From a virus (taxonomy: Duplodnaviria; Caudoviricetes), in IMG/VR virus record IMGVR_UViG_3300046656_000199, positions 4-64,003 of that record: a stretch of DNA of 64,000 bases; one strand, written 5' to 3'. How positions within the stretch are numbered: the first letter of the stretch is position 1; the number at the start of each line of letters is the position of its first letter. Shown one piece after another: positions 45,805-56,133 of the stretch. Both the position numbers and the translations under genes were made by a program. The notes beneath the pieces were generated by a model. It did no database searches, was not told where the DNA came from, and worked only from the letters and a program-made list of their open reading frames with translations.

Positions 45805-46044
45805 ATGAGCACCGACATGCCCGACCGCTCCGACCTGCCGACCCTCGGCAAGCGCACGAAGGTTATCGTCGACCCCGACGGCTCGATTCGCCTGCCGCGA
45901 TACGGCATCACCCTCGACGCCAGCGACGCCCTGGAGCTGGCCCGCAACCTGCTCTGTGGCGTGGAGTTCGTCAAGGACAAGACGTTGGCCGATCTGCCGA
46001 AGGTGCAGGCTGGCGCCACGGGATGCACGGGAAAGGGGTACTGA
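45805..46044 (+). CDS. Hypothetical protein
   Basis: AGGAG RBS. Confidence 0.5.
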   Translation: MSTDMPDRSDLPTLGKRTKVIVDPDGSIRLPRYGITLDASDALELARNLLCGVEFVKDKTLADLPKVQAGATGCTGKGY

Positions 46045-46233
46045 GATGCGAGAGGACACCATCACGCCGACCGCCCAGGCCACCCGGCCCGGACGCCTCG
46101 CCGAGCGTGCCCACGGCGCCCGACGCTGCGTCCTGCCGCCCGCCCAGGATGACCTGGCTGCCCGCATCGCCGCCCACACCCTGCGCGTGCAAGCGGAACT
46201 GGCGCGGCTCAATCGCAAACCGACGGAGGGGAA

Positions 46234-46701
46234 GTGATGTGTTTCACGCAAGACTGCGATTGGACAGCCGAGATCAACGAATCGTCTGACGTCATTGCCG
46301 AGAAGCCAACACGCTGCGACGAATGCCTTGCCACGATTGCCGTAGGCGCGTTCGTCCACCACATCCACCAGCAGGAGCATGAGGAGTGCCAGGACTGCTA
46401 CGCGGGCGAGTGCGCATGCGAGAAGAATCGGTGCTGTCAGTGCGAGAGTCCGTCTTACGGCGAGACGTTCGACTACGACCGTTGCGAGGACTGCCACAAA
46501 TTCCTTCAGGCGATCCACGATGTCGAGATTGAGGCGGGCTGCCGGGAGTGGGAATCGCAACCTCTCCTGCTCAGCATGGTCGAGTCAGTTCAGGAAGGCG
46601 ACAAGGATCAAGCGAAGAAGTACGTCCGCAAGGCAATCCAGATGTTCCCCGAGTTGAAGGTGACCGGATACATCACCCGGATTGCGAAACGGATTTTTTA
46701 A
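46234..46701 (+). CDS. Cys-rich zinc-binding protein
   Basis: Multiple CxxC; GGAGG RBS. Confidence 0.65.
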   Translation: MMCFTQDCDWTAEINESSDVIAEKPTRCDECLATIAVGAFVHHIHQQEHEECQDCYAGECACEKNRCCQCESPSYGETFDYDRCEDCHKFLQAIHDVEIEAGCREWESQPLLLSMVESVQEGDKDQAKKYVRKAIQMFPELKVTGYITRIAKRIF

Positions 46702-46712
46702 GGAGCAACCCC

Positions 46713-46919
46713 ATGCCGAAGGAAACCCCCGCTACCCCGCCCCGTGTCCGCGCCCGCCAGGCCGACCCCGGCGACGCCATGAGCGCGCTGGCGGCCATCT
46801 GCAAGAGACTGCGGTATCTGACGCCCGAGGCGCGGCGGAAGACGTTAAAGATGCTGGCGATCGAGTTCGACGAGGCGATACCGTGCGACATCAAGCCGGG
46901 CGGCGATGTGGCACCGTGA
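46713..46919 (+). CDS. Hypothetical protein
   Basis: AAGGAG RBS. Confidence 0.5.
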   Translation: MPKETPATPPRVRARQADPGDAMSALAAICKRLRYLTPEARRKTLKMLAIEFDEAIPCDIKPGGDVAP

Positions 46920-47261
46920 CGGAATGTGGCCGTGCCGCATCGAGGGCAACGCCGTCGTGTCGCTGGCGGGCGAGGTATCGCGGGCCGTGCGGCTGGTGAT
47001 CGGCACGGACGATGCGCTGAAGAGTCTTCAGGTGCGCCTGCTGAAGATGGGATACTACAAGGTCGAGACGCGGGAAGGAATTCGGAGCAACCGAGATGGA
47101 CAACCCGATGCGATCTGATAAATTGAGCGTGCCCGAACAGGTGCTATCAACACCTGACGGGCACTACACAACAACCCTGGTAAGAGGGTGCGTCATGTCT
47201 CAACAGTCTACCAATCCGCTTTCCGTCCGCAAGCCCGCACTCCTCGCCAAGAGGAGTACCC

Positions 47262-47480
47262 ATGTTCTTTGAATCGTTCAAGTGGGCTACCGCCGTCCTG
47301 TCCCTCGTCGGCGTGGTCCTCAATATCCATCGCAAGCGTGCGTGCTTCCTCGTCTGGGCGTTCACGAATTCGGCGTGGACCGCCATCGACGTCTATCACG
47401 GCGTATGGGCACAGGCTGCCCTGCAAGCGGTGTACGTCGGGCTGGCGATCTACGGATTGCGGAAGTGGAGGGTGGCATGA
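47262..47480 (+). CDS. Small 3-TM membrane protein (PnuC-like phage family)
   Basis: SLVGVVLN..KR.CF.VW...N..W...AIYGL.KW. Confidence 0.7.
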   Translation: MFFESFKWATAVLSLVGVVLNIHRKRACFLVWAFTNSAWTAIDVYHGVWAQAALQAVYVGLAIYGLRKWRVA

Positions 47481-48958
47481 TCGTCAACCTCGACACAGAC
47501 CGCCTCGAGGACTATCGGATCTTCCTGCGCATCAAGGCGCTGCCACGCTACCGCTTTATCGGCCACACGGCCGAGTTCCCCGACGAGTACGCCAGCCTCG
47601 TGGGAATGGATGCGCCGGCGACAGCGGACGGAGCCTACAGGCCGATTCAACGCCTGTTCGACTACCAGTCAGCCGTCTCAAAGCTGGCCATCCGCAAGCG
47701 CAAGTTTGCGGCCTTCATCGAGCCGGGGTATGGCAAGACGCTCATCGGCGCCGAGTTCGCCCGCCACTCGCTCGACGTCTTGCCGCGCAACCGCTGCGCC
47801 CTGTGGCTGTCTCCGCTCATGGTGGTACGCCAGACGATTGCCGAACTGCGCCGGTTCTACGACGAGGATCTGCCCATCGTACAGGTGCCGTCGAAGGACT
47901 TGCAACGGTGGCTGGACAGCGGCGATGAGCGTTTCGGCATCACCAACTACGAGGCACTGACCGAGGATATTCGGCCGGGACGTCTCGGCTCCATCGTGGC
48001 CGACGAATCGAGCATCATGAAGTCGTCCTACGGCGTCTGGGGTCAGAACCTCATCGAGTTGGGACGCGGCATTCCCTGGAAACTGTGCCTGACCGGAACG
48101 CCGGCACCGAATGACCGCATCGAGTACGCCAGCCATGCCGTGTTCCTCGATCAGTACCCCACGACGAACGCTTTCCTCGCTCGCTTTTTCGTCAACCGTG
48201 GCCAGACGAACGAGCGATGGGAGTTGAAGTCTCACGCTTTGCGGCCGTTCTATACCAGTCTGTCCCACTGGTGCTTCTTCATGACCAACCCGTCCACCTA
48301 CGGCTTCAAGGACAACGCCGGCACCATCCCGCCGATTCACGTCCACATTCACGATGTTGACCTGACCGAAGAGCAACGCGAGCGCGTGTGCGAGGCAGGA
48401 GGGAATATGTTCGGCCTGCCCGGAGGCATCACGTCGCGCGGCAAGCTGTCGCAACTGGCCAAGGGGCGATATCAGGGAAAGGCGGTGGCGACCAACAAGC
48501 CGGAATACATCCGCGCTCTGGTTCATTCGTGGCCCGACGAATCAACGCTGGTGTGGTGCATCTACAACCCGGAACAGGAGTCGATGGAACGAATGTTTCC
48601 CGAGGCGGGTAGCATCAGCGGCGACACGCCCTACGACGAACGAGAACGCATCATCGAGGACTTTCAGGCCGCCCGCACCCGCACGCTCATCAGCAAGGCC
48701 AAGGTTCTCGGCTTCGGACTCAATCTTCAGGTGGCGACTCGGCAAGTGTTCTCCGGACTCGTGGACAGCTACGAATCCTACTTCCAGTGCGTGAAGCGCA
48801 GCAACCGCGTCGGCTCGACGAAGCCTCTTAACGTCCATCTATCAGTTACCCCGATCGAACACGCCATGATCGACACGGTGCTGGCCAAGGCTAACCGCGT
48901 CGAGGCAGATACCCGCGAACAAGAGCGCATCTTCAAGGAGGTGGGCATTGGCTTCTGA
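47477..48958 (+). CDS. SNF2-like superfamily 2 helicase
   Basis: FDYQ, GYGKT, DESS, TGTPAPND, GFGLNLQ, RSNRVG. Confidence 0.88.
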   Translation: MIVNLDTDRLEDYRIFLRIKALPRYRFIGHTAEFPDEYASLVGMDAPATADGAYRPIQRLFDYQSAVSKLAIRKRKFAAFIEPGYGKTLIGAEFARHSLDVLPRNRCALWLSPLMVVRQTIAELRRFYDEDLPIVQVPSKDLQRWLDSGDERFGITNYEALTEDIRPGRLGSIVADESSIMKSSYGVWGQNLIELGRGIPWKLCLTGTPAPNDRIEYASHAVFLDQYPTTNAFLARFFVNRGQTNERWELKSHALRPFYTSLSHWCFFMTNPSTYGFKDNAGTIPPIHVHIHDVDLTEEQRERVCEAGGNMFGLPGGITSRGKLSQLAKGRYQGKAVATNKPEYIRALVHSWPDESTLVWCIYNPEQESMERMFPEAGSISGDTPYDERERIIEDFQAARTRTLISKAKVLGFGLNLQVATRQVFSGLVDSYESYFQCVKRSNRVGSTKPLNVHLSVTPIEHAMIDTVLAKANRVEADTREQERIFKEVGIGF

Positions 48959-49886
48959 ACTGTTCAGCATTGCACGTTCCCTGATCGGCGACAAGAACTA
49001 CGAACTGGTTCACGGCGACTGTATCGAACACATGGCGACCATGCCGACGCAATCCGTTGACCTGGCGGTATTCTCGCCTCCGTTCCCGGCCCTGTACGCA
49101 TACACATCTGACAATGCGGACATCGGCAACAGCGAGGACTTGCAGGCCGAGGCGCCGCTGCATCTGGGATTCTTCTACTCCCAGATTGCCCGTATCTTGA
49201 AGCCCGGTCGCGTCATGGTCGTTCACGTCGCGCAGATCCCGCGCATGGCCCGTGCCGGTGGCCGCGGCCTGCACGACTTCCGCGGCCTCAACATTCGCCT
49301 CGGCGAACGGGCTGGCCTGACGTTCGAGTACGATTGGGTGATCCGCAAGAACCCCCAGGCCCAGGCCATTCGCGGCAAGGCGTGGGAGTTGAAGTTCCAG
49401 GGCGTCGAGACGGATCGTTCCATGAGTCGCGGTGCCCTGCCCGATTACCTGCTCAAGTTCCGGGCGCCGGGAGAGAACACGGTCCCTGTCGACTCCGAGG
49501 GGGAAGTGTCGCGCAACGACTGGATCAGGTGGGCCGAGTGTTGCTGGTCGGACATCAAAGAAACCGAAACACTCAACGGCGAGCGGGGCAAGAAAGCGGC
49601 CCGCGGCGACGACGACACCAAGCACATTTGCCCGCTGCAGCTTGAGGTCATCCGGCGCATCGTTCTGCTCTACACCAACCCCGGCGAACTGGTGTTCTCG
49701 CCCTTCGCCGGGATTGCCAGCGAGGGGTATGTGTCGATCCGGCATGGTCGCCAGTTCTACGGCATCGAGTTGAAGAAGGAGTATCACGACGAGGCATTGC
49801 GGAACCTGAAGCGAGCCGTGCGAGATTATCAGGAGTCGCAGCGAAGTCTGTTCTCGGCGCTCAACGGAAAGGGGGTGAATCCATGA
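48948..49886 (+). CDS. Amino-DNA methyltransferase (beta class, N4-C/N6-A)
   Basis: GDC, FSPPF catalytic motif, HICPL, FSPFAGIASEG SAM-binding motif; no cognate restriction gene evident. Confidence 0.9.
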   Translation: MASELFSIARSLIGDKNYELVHGDCIEHMATMPTQSVDLAVFSPPFPALYAYTSDNADIGNSEDLQAEAPLHLGFFYSQIARILKPGRVMVVHVAQIPRMARAGGRGLHDFRGLNIRLGERAGLTFEYDWVIRKNPQAQAIRGKAWELKFQGVETDRSMSRGALPDYLLKFRAPGENTVPVDSEGEVSRNDWIRWAECCWSDIKETETLNGERGKKAARGDDDTKHICPLQLEVIRRIVLLYTNPGELVFSPFAGIASEGYVSIRHGRQFYGIELKKEYHDEALRNLKRAVRDYQESQRSLFSALNGKGVNP

Positions 49887-50143
49887 GGACGGCACGCTAC
49901 CGACCACTGACCGCCGCTCCGCAATCGTGGCTGGACGCCATCGGTCGACGCATCGAGGACGAACGCCGTCGCCTGCGTCTGTCGCAGTGTGGCCTTGCCG
50001 AGCGAGTGGGTTGCTGTGCGGCCTTCGTCATGCGAATGGAGATGGGTCGGCAACAGCCGTCCGCCCACATGCTGATGCGCGTAGCGAAGGCTCTCGGCGT
50101 GTCGGCGGACTACCTGCTCGGCATTGTCCTGACGGAGTCGTGA
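49883..50143 (+). CDS. XRE-family HTH protein
   Basis: LSQ..LAERVG....V.RME.G...PS...L..VAKALGVSADYLLG. Confidence 0.85.
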   Translation: MRTARYRPLTAAPQSWLDAIGRRIEDERRRLRLSQCGLAERVGCCAAFVMRMEMGRQQPSAHMLMRVAKALGVSADYLLGIVLTES

Positions 50144-50144
50144 C

Positions 50145-50531
50145 ATGATCCTCGACCCGGACACCACGCGCAAATGCCTCGCCCTGGCCGGCGCCCCACC
50201 GTTCCCGGCCCCGCCGCTGGACTGCTCCGAGCGGGAGTTCATGGCTGCCGTGATTGCGTTGGCACGGTCGTGCGGCTGGGTTGTCGCGCATTTCAGGCCA
50301 GCACGGACGGCTACCGGCTGGCGGACGCCCGTAGCCGCCAATGGCAAGGGCTTCGTCGATCTGGTGCTGGCCCGCTACTGCCTCCTGTACGTCGAGCTGA
50401 AGACGGAGAAGGGTACGCTGAGCAAGGATCAAAAGAAGTGGCGGGATGCCATCCTGTACGCCGGTGGCGACTGGCGGTTGTGGCGGCCGCGGGACTGGAG
50501 CGATATCGAGCGAACCCTGAGAGGAGAGTGA
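50145..50531 (+). CDS. VRR-NUC-like nuclease
   Basis: SEREF, GFVDLVL, VELKTEKG.LS.DQ..W, WRPRDW. Confidence 0.8.
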   Translation: MILDPDTTRKCLALAGAPPFPAPPLDCSEREFMAAVIALARSCGWVVAHFRPARTATGWRTPVAANGKGFVDLVLARYCLLYVELKTEKGTLSKDQKKWRDAILYAGGDWRLWRPRDWSDIERTLRGE

Positions 50532-50534
50532 GCG

Positions 50535-50786
50535 ATGAGTTGCCCGACGTGTGGACACACCATGCACGGCATCGGCGACGTACCAGCCGTGGGTGGTCGA
50601 CCTACTTTCTGGTGTCCGCGATGCGGAACCATTCAGACCGCCAACGATCTACCCGAGGCGCCCAAGCTCGTGGAGCGCTGTCGGCTGTTCGCCTTGGCCG
50701 GCGCCAATGGTGGGGCGAACCGAGACATTTGGCAACGCCTCGGTATCGCCGAAGCCATCTATCCGCACGAGGATCGCAAGACGTGA
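50535..50786 (+). CDS. Zinc-ribbon protein
   Basis: CPTC...CPRC. Confidence 0.6.
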   Translation: MSCPTCGHTMHGIGDVPAVGGRPTFWCPRCGTIQTANDLPEAPKLVERCRLFALAGANGGANRDIWQRLGIAEAIYPHEDRKT

Positions 50787-50952
50787 GCGCCCTCTTCAAC
50801 GCCATCTGCTCACACTGCGGTCAGCAACGCCCCCGCTGTGCCACGGTTACGCTTATCCGCGATCACCGGTCGATCCGGGCGGTGCTGTGCGAGGTCTGCC
50901 GCAAGGTGCTGGCAGGGGAATACCGGCTAGTCACCGAACACAAGGGGAAGAA

Positions 50953-51198
50953 ATGATCTGCCGCGTCAAGCCTCTGGAGTGGAACAAGGTCGCCAACCGT
51001 AACTGGTGGACAGCCCCCACGATCTTCGGCGATATTAGCGTCGAGATGGATGATGAAGTCTGTCACTGGCGTTACTGCTTCGACGAATTCTACGACGAAG
51101 CCAGCCACGAGTGCGAATCCATCGAGGCCGGCAAGGAAGAGGCCGAGAAGTTCTATCTGAGCAGACTGTTACCTGCTCTGGAAGTGCAAAGTCCGTGA
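50953..51198 (+). CDS. Conserved phage hypothetical protein
   Basis: VKPLEW motif. Confidence 0.6.
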   Translation: MICRVKPLEWNKVANRNWWTAPTIFGDISVEMDDEVCHWRYCFDEFYDEASHECESIEAGKEEAEKFYLSRLLPALEVQSP

Positions 51199-51449
51199 TC
51201 CGAAACTGTCCAGGGAGGGGCGACACATGCGACGTACCAAAACCGGCAAGCCGATCAAGCCCCGGCCGCCGACGCTACGCAGCCGAATGCTCGACGTGGT
51301 GCTGACGCTCGGCTCGGCGATGGGCCTGCTGCGGACGATGTACGCCGAGGCGCTGGCGGGCAAGGCCGTCTCGCCGGACCTGCTGATCCTGTGGCAACGG
51401 CAACTGCTGGTCCTCGACCGACGGGCGAACGAGGTGACGGGAGAGTGAT

Positions 51450-51986
51450 GTGGGCAAGACCATCCCTGTATCCGCACTACGTCTGAGATACCGCAAGGAC
51501 ATTCAGGACGCCCTTGATGCGCTTCCGAACGGTTCTACCTTGCAGGCGATGGCCGATGCGTGCCGCAAGCTGATGCCGCGCAGAACGTACTGGAACAGCA
51601 CGATCGAGATAGATGACACGACGTTCTCCAAGGAACGCCTGAACGCCTGGCGCGCTGAGCGTGAGCGTGCGTTGCGACAATTCCGTGCCGGCAGGTACAG
51701 CGAAGCGAAGATCGTCCTTGATTATCGTCGCTGGTGGTTGCAAGTGGCGTGCGGATTCTGCGACCAAAAGAGTAGCCGTCAGGGTCATACCATCGGCTGC
51801 ATCCTGTGCTGTCACCTGACCGAACGCATCAAGGATCTCGTCGCCACGTCCGCGTGGCAGGAGATCCGGAAACATCTGCGCGAAGGAATGCCACCGGCCA
51901 TCGCTGCGGATCGGCTGGAGGAGATTGTGCCGTCCGAGGTGTACGACACGGCCAATAAAGTGGCTGATTTATTGAGGGCGATCTGA
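51450..51986 (+). CDS. Hypothetical protein
   Basis: Operon fit, CGFC/CILC. Confidence 0.55.
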   Translation: MGKTIPVSALRLRYRKDIQDALDALPNGSTLQAMADACRKLMPRRTYWNSTIEIDDTTFSKERLNAWRAERERALRQFRAGRYSEAKIVLDYRRWWLQVACGFCDQKSSRQGHTIGCILCCHLTERIKDLVATSAWQEIRKHLREGMPPAIAADRLEEIVPSEVYDTANKVADLLRAI

Positions 51987-52465
51987 TGGAATTCCACGCT
52001 GAACTGCTCGATCACGGTCTGATCGACCCGGCCTGGGAATACTGGATGCCCGATCCAGATATTGCGGAATTGATCGAAGAGTCTTCGGGAACGAAGGCGG
52101 ACCAGGCCGACGAACTGTTCAGGCATTCGGTCGGCATCCACTTCGGGAACGGCAACCCCAACCGAGGGCAGCGAACAAGGCTTGCCGCCAGCAAGCCGGT
52201 CAAAGACTCGCCGCCTGAACGTGGGCCTGCCAACTGCAATGGCTGTCACAAAGTTTTCATGCCCAAACGATCCGAGCAGGTCTACTGCTGCTCAGCCTGC
52301 CAACCGCGCGCCGGAAGGCCGAGGACGAGGATTGACGGAAGGTTGCCACAAGCGAAGGTATGCCCGGAGTGCGCGGGCGAATTCTTTCCGTGGCGTCCGC
52401 AACAGGTTTGCTGCGGCAAGCGATGCAGCGCGAAGAGAGGGCGCCGAATTAAGGGGAAGGCATGA
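51986..52465 (+). CDS. Protein with two treble-clef-like Cys clusters
   Basis: CNGC.K.F...YCCSAC; CPEC.GEF...CCGKRC. Confidence 0.6.
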   Translation: MEFHAELLDHGLIDPAWEYWMPDPDIAELIEESSGTKADQADELFRHSVGIHFGNGNPNRGQRTRLAASKPVKDSPPERGPANCNGCHKVFMPKRSEQVYCCSACQPRAGRPRTRIDGRLPQAKVCPECAGEFFPWRPQQVCCGKRCSAKRGRRIKGKA

Positions 52466-53106
52466 CTGAAGCTGAGTGGTTGGCGGCTGCGGACCCGTTG
52501 CCGATGATGCGGCATCTCCGAACGTCGGAGCATGAGGACCGCTGGCATTCCCGCTGTACCAAGTGGAAACTGCGCTGCTTCGCCGAGGCATTGCTGGGGC
52601 TGATACGCTGTGGGGCATACGGAAAACACGTCGGCCCAGACCTTGAAGAGTGCGTCTGGCATCTCATCAAAGACTGCACCGGCTTCAACGGTTTCAACGG
52701 TTTCACGCAGCACCCCAAGCCCGCCGCTGCCGCCCTCCTGCGTGACATCGTAGGCAACCCATGGGCGCCGCTGCGACTGCCTAACGGATCACCGATCCCG
52801 TGCAGACGATGCGAAGGTGACGGGTGGGTGTGCCTCGACGACGGTTGGGGGGCAAGAGGCACCTGTAAAGTGTGCAACGGCAAAGGGCATCTCAATATGT
52901 TTCTGCCGTGCCCGTGGCTCACACCGCAAGTCCTCGCCATCGCTCAGTCGATCTACGAGCAACGGACGTTCGGCGACACGCCGATCCTCGCGGATGCTCT
53001 GGAGGACGCGGGGGCTGATACTGCTGATTTGCTCGACCATCTACGAAGCGACAGGATTCATGTCAGAGGATGTTGGGCAATCGACCTGATTCTCGGAAAA
53101 TCCTAG
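52462..53106 (+). CDS. Gemmataceae-type expanded-family protein with DnaJ-like Zn insertion
   Basis: MTEAEWLA..DP, LLRDIVGNP, WLTP.V, PILADALEDAG, HVRGCWAIDLILGK; CRRCEGDG/CKVCNGKG insert. Confidence 0.8.
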   Translation: MTEAEWLAAADPLPMMRHLRTSEHEDRWHSRCTKWKLRCFAEALLGLIRCGAYGKHVGPDLEECVWHLIKDCTGFNGFNGFTQHPKPAAAALLRDIVGNPWAPLRLPNGSPIPCRRCEGDGWVCLDDGWGARGTCKVCNGKGHLNMFLPCPWLTPQVLAIAQSIYEQRTFGDTPILADALEDAGADTADLLDHLRSDRIHVRGCWAIDLILGKS

Positions 53107-53229
53107 ATTTCAGGATGATTTTGTGGAATCTATCCGATGGTTGCGCATCTAACATACAGCGGGTCGGAAGGTGCTGATAACACCATTCCGACCCTGACCA
53201 CAACCAACTCCTTGATAGAGGAGCAAGTC

Positions 53230-53757
53230 ATGGCTGCTGAACAGGATAATCGCCGGCTGCCGTTCTTTCAACCTCTCGCTGAAAACGACACCCTTCAGAC
53301 CGCATTCCTTCTTTATCGGCTCGCGGACAAGGTGGAAGTTTCGGATGATGGCTGCTGGATCTGGACTGGTTTCCGCAATGCGGACGGCTACGGATCGGCT
53401 TCAAACGGGCATTCGAGAACCGAAAATGTGCATCGGATAATCTATCGGATGTGCGTCGGTCCCACACGTCCTGGGGATGAGGTCTGTCACACCTGCGACA
53501 ACCCTCCATGTGTCAATCCGAAACATCTCTTTATCGGCACCCACGCCGATAACATGCGGGACGCTGCCCGCAAGGGCAGAATCAAGTCGCGAGACAGTAG
53601 CGGAGAAAAGAACCCATCGGCCAAACTGGACACGTTAAAGGTCAAGGCGATTCGAGAGCGTCACGCAAGCGGAGAACGGTCGATCGTTCTCGCGACAGAG
53701 TTCGGCGTCAGTCAGGCAACGATCTGCCGTATTCTTCGAGGGGCTACTTGGAGATGA
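53230..53757 (+). CDS. HNH endonuclease
   Basis: GCWIWTG...GYG...VHR...VCHTCDNPPCVNPKHL..GTHADN. Confidence 0.88.
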   Translation: MAAEQDNRRLPFFQPLAENDTLQTAFLLYRLADKVEVSDDGCWIWTGFRNADGYGSASNGHSRTENVHRIIYRMCVGPTRPGDEVCHTCDNPPCVNPKHLFIGTHADNMRDAARKGRIKSRDSSGEKNPSAKLDTLKVKAIRERHASGERSIVLATEFGVSQATICRILRGATWR

Positions 53758-53845
53758 CCAATCTAACGCCCCCGGCTGGCGTTCGCGTACCGTCCAGTGC
53801 TGCCGAGGCTGTCACATTTTCGACGCCCTGTTGAACAAGGAGTGA

Positions 53846-54148
53846 GTGATGCTCTCTGCGTTCCTCGCTGGAGTCATCTATGCGGCACCGTTGCCGCCTC
53901 GTCAAGTCGAGAGCATGGTCTACGTCAAGACCACAGCCAACGACGAGGGATGGGAGGTTTCGATAGCCAGCGTCGTACTACCCGTGAGTGGTAAGGTGTG
54001 GCTCGACGGAAACCCAGGAAAGGGTATCCTCTGGTCCGAGGCACGCACAAACGTCGGTGAATGGACGCACATGTACATGGCGAAGGCTCTGATCCAAAAT
54101 GGCGTAGTGGTGGAGCTGTACCTGGAGTCGAAGAAGGAGCAGCCATGA
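53846..54148 (+). CDS. Hypothetical protein
   Basis: AAGGAG RBS; hydrophobic N-terminus. Confidence 0.5.
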   Translation: MMLSAFLAGVIYAAPLPPRQVESMVYVKTTANDEGWEVSIASVVLPVSGKVWLDGNPGKGILWSEARTNVGEWTHMYMAKALIQNGVVVELYLESKKEQP

Positions 54149-54281
54149 CCCCCTACGAAGCCACCTGTGCCGCACTGCTCGCCGACATCTGCCAGCACCC
54201 GGCGGACATCGGACGTGCGTTCGCCACGCGCGAACGGTATCATGAGGCTTGATTCTTGAAATCATTCAAGTGGAATCAAGC

Positions 54282-54644
54282 ATGGCGCACGGTGGCAAGA
54301 GGAACGGAGCCGGACGAAAACCAAGTTCCGCCACGAAGAAGACGCGGGTGGTCGCTGACAAGATCGCCACCGACGGTATCACACCGCTGGAGGTGATGAT
54401 TGACGCCATGCGCAAGCACTACGATGGTGAGGAGTGGGACGCGGCCGCGGCCATTGCCAAGGATGCGGCGCCTTACGTTCACCCCAAACTGTCGGCCGTT
54501 GATTTCAAAGGGACTGTGACCAGCCGCCATGAACTCGACCTCTCGAAACTCACGGACGACCAGCTCGCCACCCTCGCCGCCATCGTTGCCCTCGCCGACC
54601 CTGGTGGAGATCGAGGTGGAGCAGTGCCGGCGCTCCCTGGCTAG
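54282..54644 (+). CDS. Terminase small subunit
   Basis: GGKRNGAGRK, TPLEVM, AKDAAPYVHPKLS; overlaps large subunit. Confidence 0.75.
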   Translation: MAHGGKRNGAGRKPSSATKKTRVVADKIATDGITPLEVMIDAMRKHYDGEEWDAAAAIAKDAAPYVHPKLSAVDFKGTVTSRHELDLSKLTDDQLATLAAIVALADPGGDRGGAVPALPG

Positions 54645-56091
54645 GTTCGTGCGCTCGGCCTGGCACGTTATCGAACCGACAACGCCGCTGGTGTGGGGCT
54701 GGCATCTGGACGCGATCTGCGAGCATCTGGAGGCCATCAGCAGTCGGCGCCTGCGCGGTCTGCTCATCGAGGTGCCACCCCGTTCGTCGAAGTCGACGAT
54801 TGTCTCAGTTCTGTGGCCGGCGTGGGAATGGGCCTGTCGTCCCCAGACGAGACTTCTGACTGCGTCCTACGCGCTGAACCTCGCCATTCGCGACGCCCTG
54901 CGCTCGCGGCGGGTGATCGAGTCGCCGTGGTATCGCCAGCGCTGGGGTGGCCTGTTCACCCTGTCGGGCGATCAGAACGTCAAGTCGCGCTATGAGAACG
55001 ACCGAACTGGATACCGCATTGCCATCTCGGTCGATTCGGCCACTACGGGCGAGGGTGGCGATATCACGCTCATCGACGATCCGCACAACGTCGTTGAGGC
55101 CGAATCGGACGCTACGCGACAGGCAACCCTGCGCTGGCACGACGAGGCGTTCTACAACCGTCTCAACGATGCCAAGACCGGGGCGCGCATCATCATCGGC
55201 CAGCGTGTCCACACGGGCGACCTGATCGGCCACCTGCTGCCAAGCAACGAGTTTGAGGAGCTGCGCATCCCCGAGGAGTTCGAGGCATCCCAGCGCTGCG
55301 CGACGGCGATGGGATGGTCCGACCCGCGCCAGAACGATGGCGATCTGCTCCGTCCCGAGCGATTCGGTCCTGTCGAGGTTGCCAAGGCGAAGTCACGTCT
55401 CGGCGCCTACGGCTACGCCTCGCAGTACCAGCAGCGTCCCGTGCCTCGTGCCGGCGGCCTGTTCAAGCGTGAGTGGTTCCGCAGCGTGGAGAGCATCGCC
55501 GGTTCCGTCGCGGCCCGCGTGCGCTTCTGGGATCTGGCCGCGTCTAAAACGGGGGACTACACAGTCGGCGCCCTGATCGCGCGCACGTCGGAGAACAGGT
55601 TTTACATCGAACATGTCGTGCGCGGTCGCTGGTCGCCGCGCGAACGCGACGCCGTCCTGCTCCAGACGGCCCGGCAGGACGGTTGCGAGGTTCGCATCTG
55701 GATCGAGCAGGAGCCAGGCAGCGCCGGGCTGAGCCTCGTCGATTCACTGGTGCGTCTGCTCATCGGTTTCCCCGTCCAGGGAGAACGGCCGACCGGCGAC
55801 AAGATCGTGCGGGCATCGCCGCTGTCGTCGCAATTCGAGGTCGGCAACGTGCTGCTCGTGGCGGGCGAATGGAACAAGGACTTCGTCGATGAGTTCTGCC
55901 TGTTCCCGACCGGCCCCCATGACGATCAGGTCGACGCCGCCGCTGGAGCGTTCAACAAGGCGGCCGCGCTGTTCGGCGGCGACTGGACCTACAACCCGCA
56001 TCCCGACTCGCTGAGCCTCGTCGAGAAAGCCCCCGCCGGGGTATTTCTTCCGGACGTGGGCGGGGATATGTACGCACCGAGGGATGACTAA
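54529..56091 (+). CDS. Terminase large subunit
   Basis: PPRSSKS Walker A, LIDDPH Walker B, QYQQRP, FWDLAA, HDDQVDA. Confidence 0.93.
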   Translation: MNSTSRNSRTTSSPPSPPSLPSPTLVEIEVEQCRRSLARFVRSAWHVIEPTTPLVWGWHLDAICEHLEAISSRRLRGLLIEVPPRSSKSTIVSVLWPAWEWACRPQTRLLTASYALNLAIRDALRSRRVIESPWYRQRWGGLFTLSGDQNVKSRYENDRTGYRIAISVDSATTGEGGDITLIDDPHNVVEAESDATRQATLRWHDEAFYNRLNDAKTGARIIIGQRVHTGDLIGHLLPSNEFEELRIPEEFEASQRCATAMGWSDPRQNDGDLLRPERFGPVEVAKAKSRLGAYGYASQYQQRPVPRAGGLFKREWFRSVESIAGSVAARVRFWDLAASKTGDYTVGALIARTSENRFYIEHVVRGRWSPRERDAVLLQTARQDGCEVRIWIEQEPGSAGLSLVDSLVRLLIGFPVQGERPTGDKIVRASPLSSQFEVGNVLLVAGEWNKDFVDEFCLFPTGPHDDQVDAAAGAFNKAAALFGGDWTYNPHPDSLSLVEKAPAGVFLPDVGGDMYAPRDD

Positions 56092-56133
56092 CCGTTTTGC
56101 CCATCCTGTTCGCCCCGTGCTACCCTGCCCCGC

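Noticed and set aside
47477-49886. Helicase plus methylase as a restriction or defence system
   Set aside because: This pair is common in phage replication arms; no cognate restriction subunit recognised
52681-52706. Short GGTTTCAAC-type triplication (GFNGFNGF)
   Set aside because: Small in-frame slippage with no further structure
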